Origin: Malacoraja senta
Lineage: Eukaryota
NCBI GenBank assembly: GCA_038087875.1
Contig: CM075988.1
Location: 11,534,001-11,598,000 of the forward strand
Reading direction: 5' to 3'
Length of the DNA stretch: 64,000 nt
Shown piece after piece: positions 63,560-64,000 of this stretch. Position 1 is the first letter of the stretch, and the number at the start of each line of letters is the position of its first letter. A program made the translations under genes and the position numbers. A model generated the notes under the pieces. It worked only from the letters and a program-made list of their open reading frames with translations, searched no databases and was not told the origin of the DNA.

Positions 63560-63878
63560 CACAATCGCAACAGGGACAGAGCCCCCCTAGTCCTTACCTT
63601 TCACCCCATCAGCCGTCGCATACAACACATAATCCTCCGACATTTTCTCCACCTCAATGGGGTCCCAACACCAGTCACATCTTCCCATTTCCACCCCTTT
63701 CCGCCTTCTGCAGAGACTGTTTCCCTCCGCAACTCTCTGGTTAACTCGCCCCTTCCCACCCAAACTACCATCTCCCCAGGTACCTTCCCTCACAGGAGAT
63801 GCAACACCTGTCCCTGCACCTCCTCCCTTGACTCTGTCCAGGGACCCCCGACAGTCATTTCAGGTGAGGCAGACGTTC
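63560..63878 (+). pseudogene. Penelope/Neptune RT-endonuclease linker fragment
   Basis: Frameshifted translation NRDRAPLVLTFHPISRRIQHIILRHF..SHIFP.PPLSAF.RD..SLRNSLV..PGTFP..RRCNTCP..SFQVRQTF. Confidence 0.85.
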
Positions 63879-63879
63879 G

Positions 63880-64000
63880 GCGGAGTGTTTAATGTTTTAT
63901 GTGTCATTCATAACGGTCACTGTATGTCATGTTGTCACTTGCGGGCGGAGCACCAAGGCAAATTCCTTGTATGTGAATATACTTGGCCAATAAACGTATT
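63880..64000 (+). mobile_element. Rex1-like LINE 3' tail
   Basis: GGCAAATTCCTTGTATGTG...CCAATAAA, similar to the reverse tail at 50465-50510. Confidence 0.5.

Overview
Eukaryotic, AT-rich, repeat-dense DNA that looks intronic or intergenic. The repeat complement (V-domain tRNA-derived SINEs sharing a 3' tail with CR1-type LINEs, as in the shark/ray HE1/HER1 pair, plus abundant Penelope-like fragments) suggests a cartilaginous fish, probably a skate or ray; this is inference. I could not confidently identify any host protein-coding gene, rRNA, true tRNA or CRISPR array. Nearly all long ORFs are retroelement remnants or chance frames. Contents: about 12 V-SINEs, many CR1 3' fragments (one with an open 288-codon RT C-terminus), Penelope/Neptune GIY-YIG and linker fragments, Rex1/Babar and L2-like tails, two PIF/Harbinger-type MITEs, a probable Helitron fragment, a probable RTE 5' fragment, and a near-intact invertebrate-type CR1-group LINE fragment. 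Most notable: (1) a dispersed family of short, often TSD-flanked, fold-back Penelope terminal-repeat elements carrying a minimal hammerhead-ribozyme motif; (2) an apparently exact 551-bp tandem duplication breaking inside that motif; (3) a ~148-bp local segment copied into a SINE; (4) a dense TGACAG motif cluster that may be an enhancer. All calls were made by eye; many repeat boundaries are approximate.
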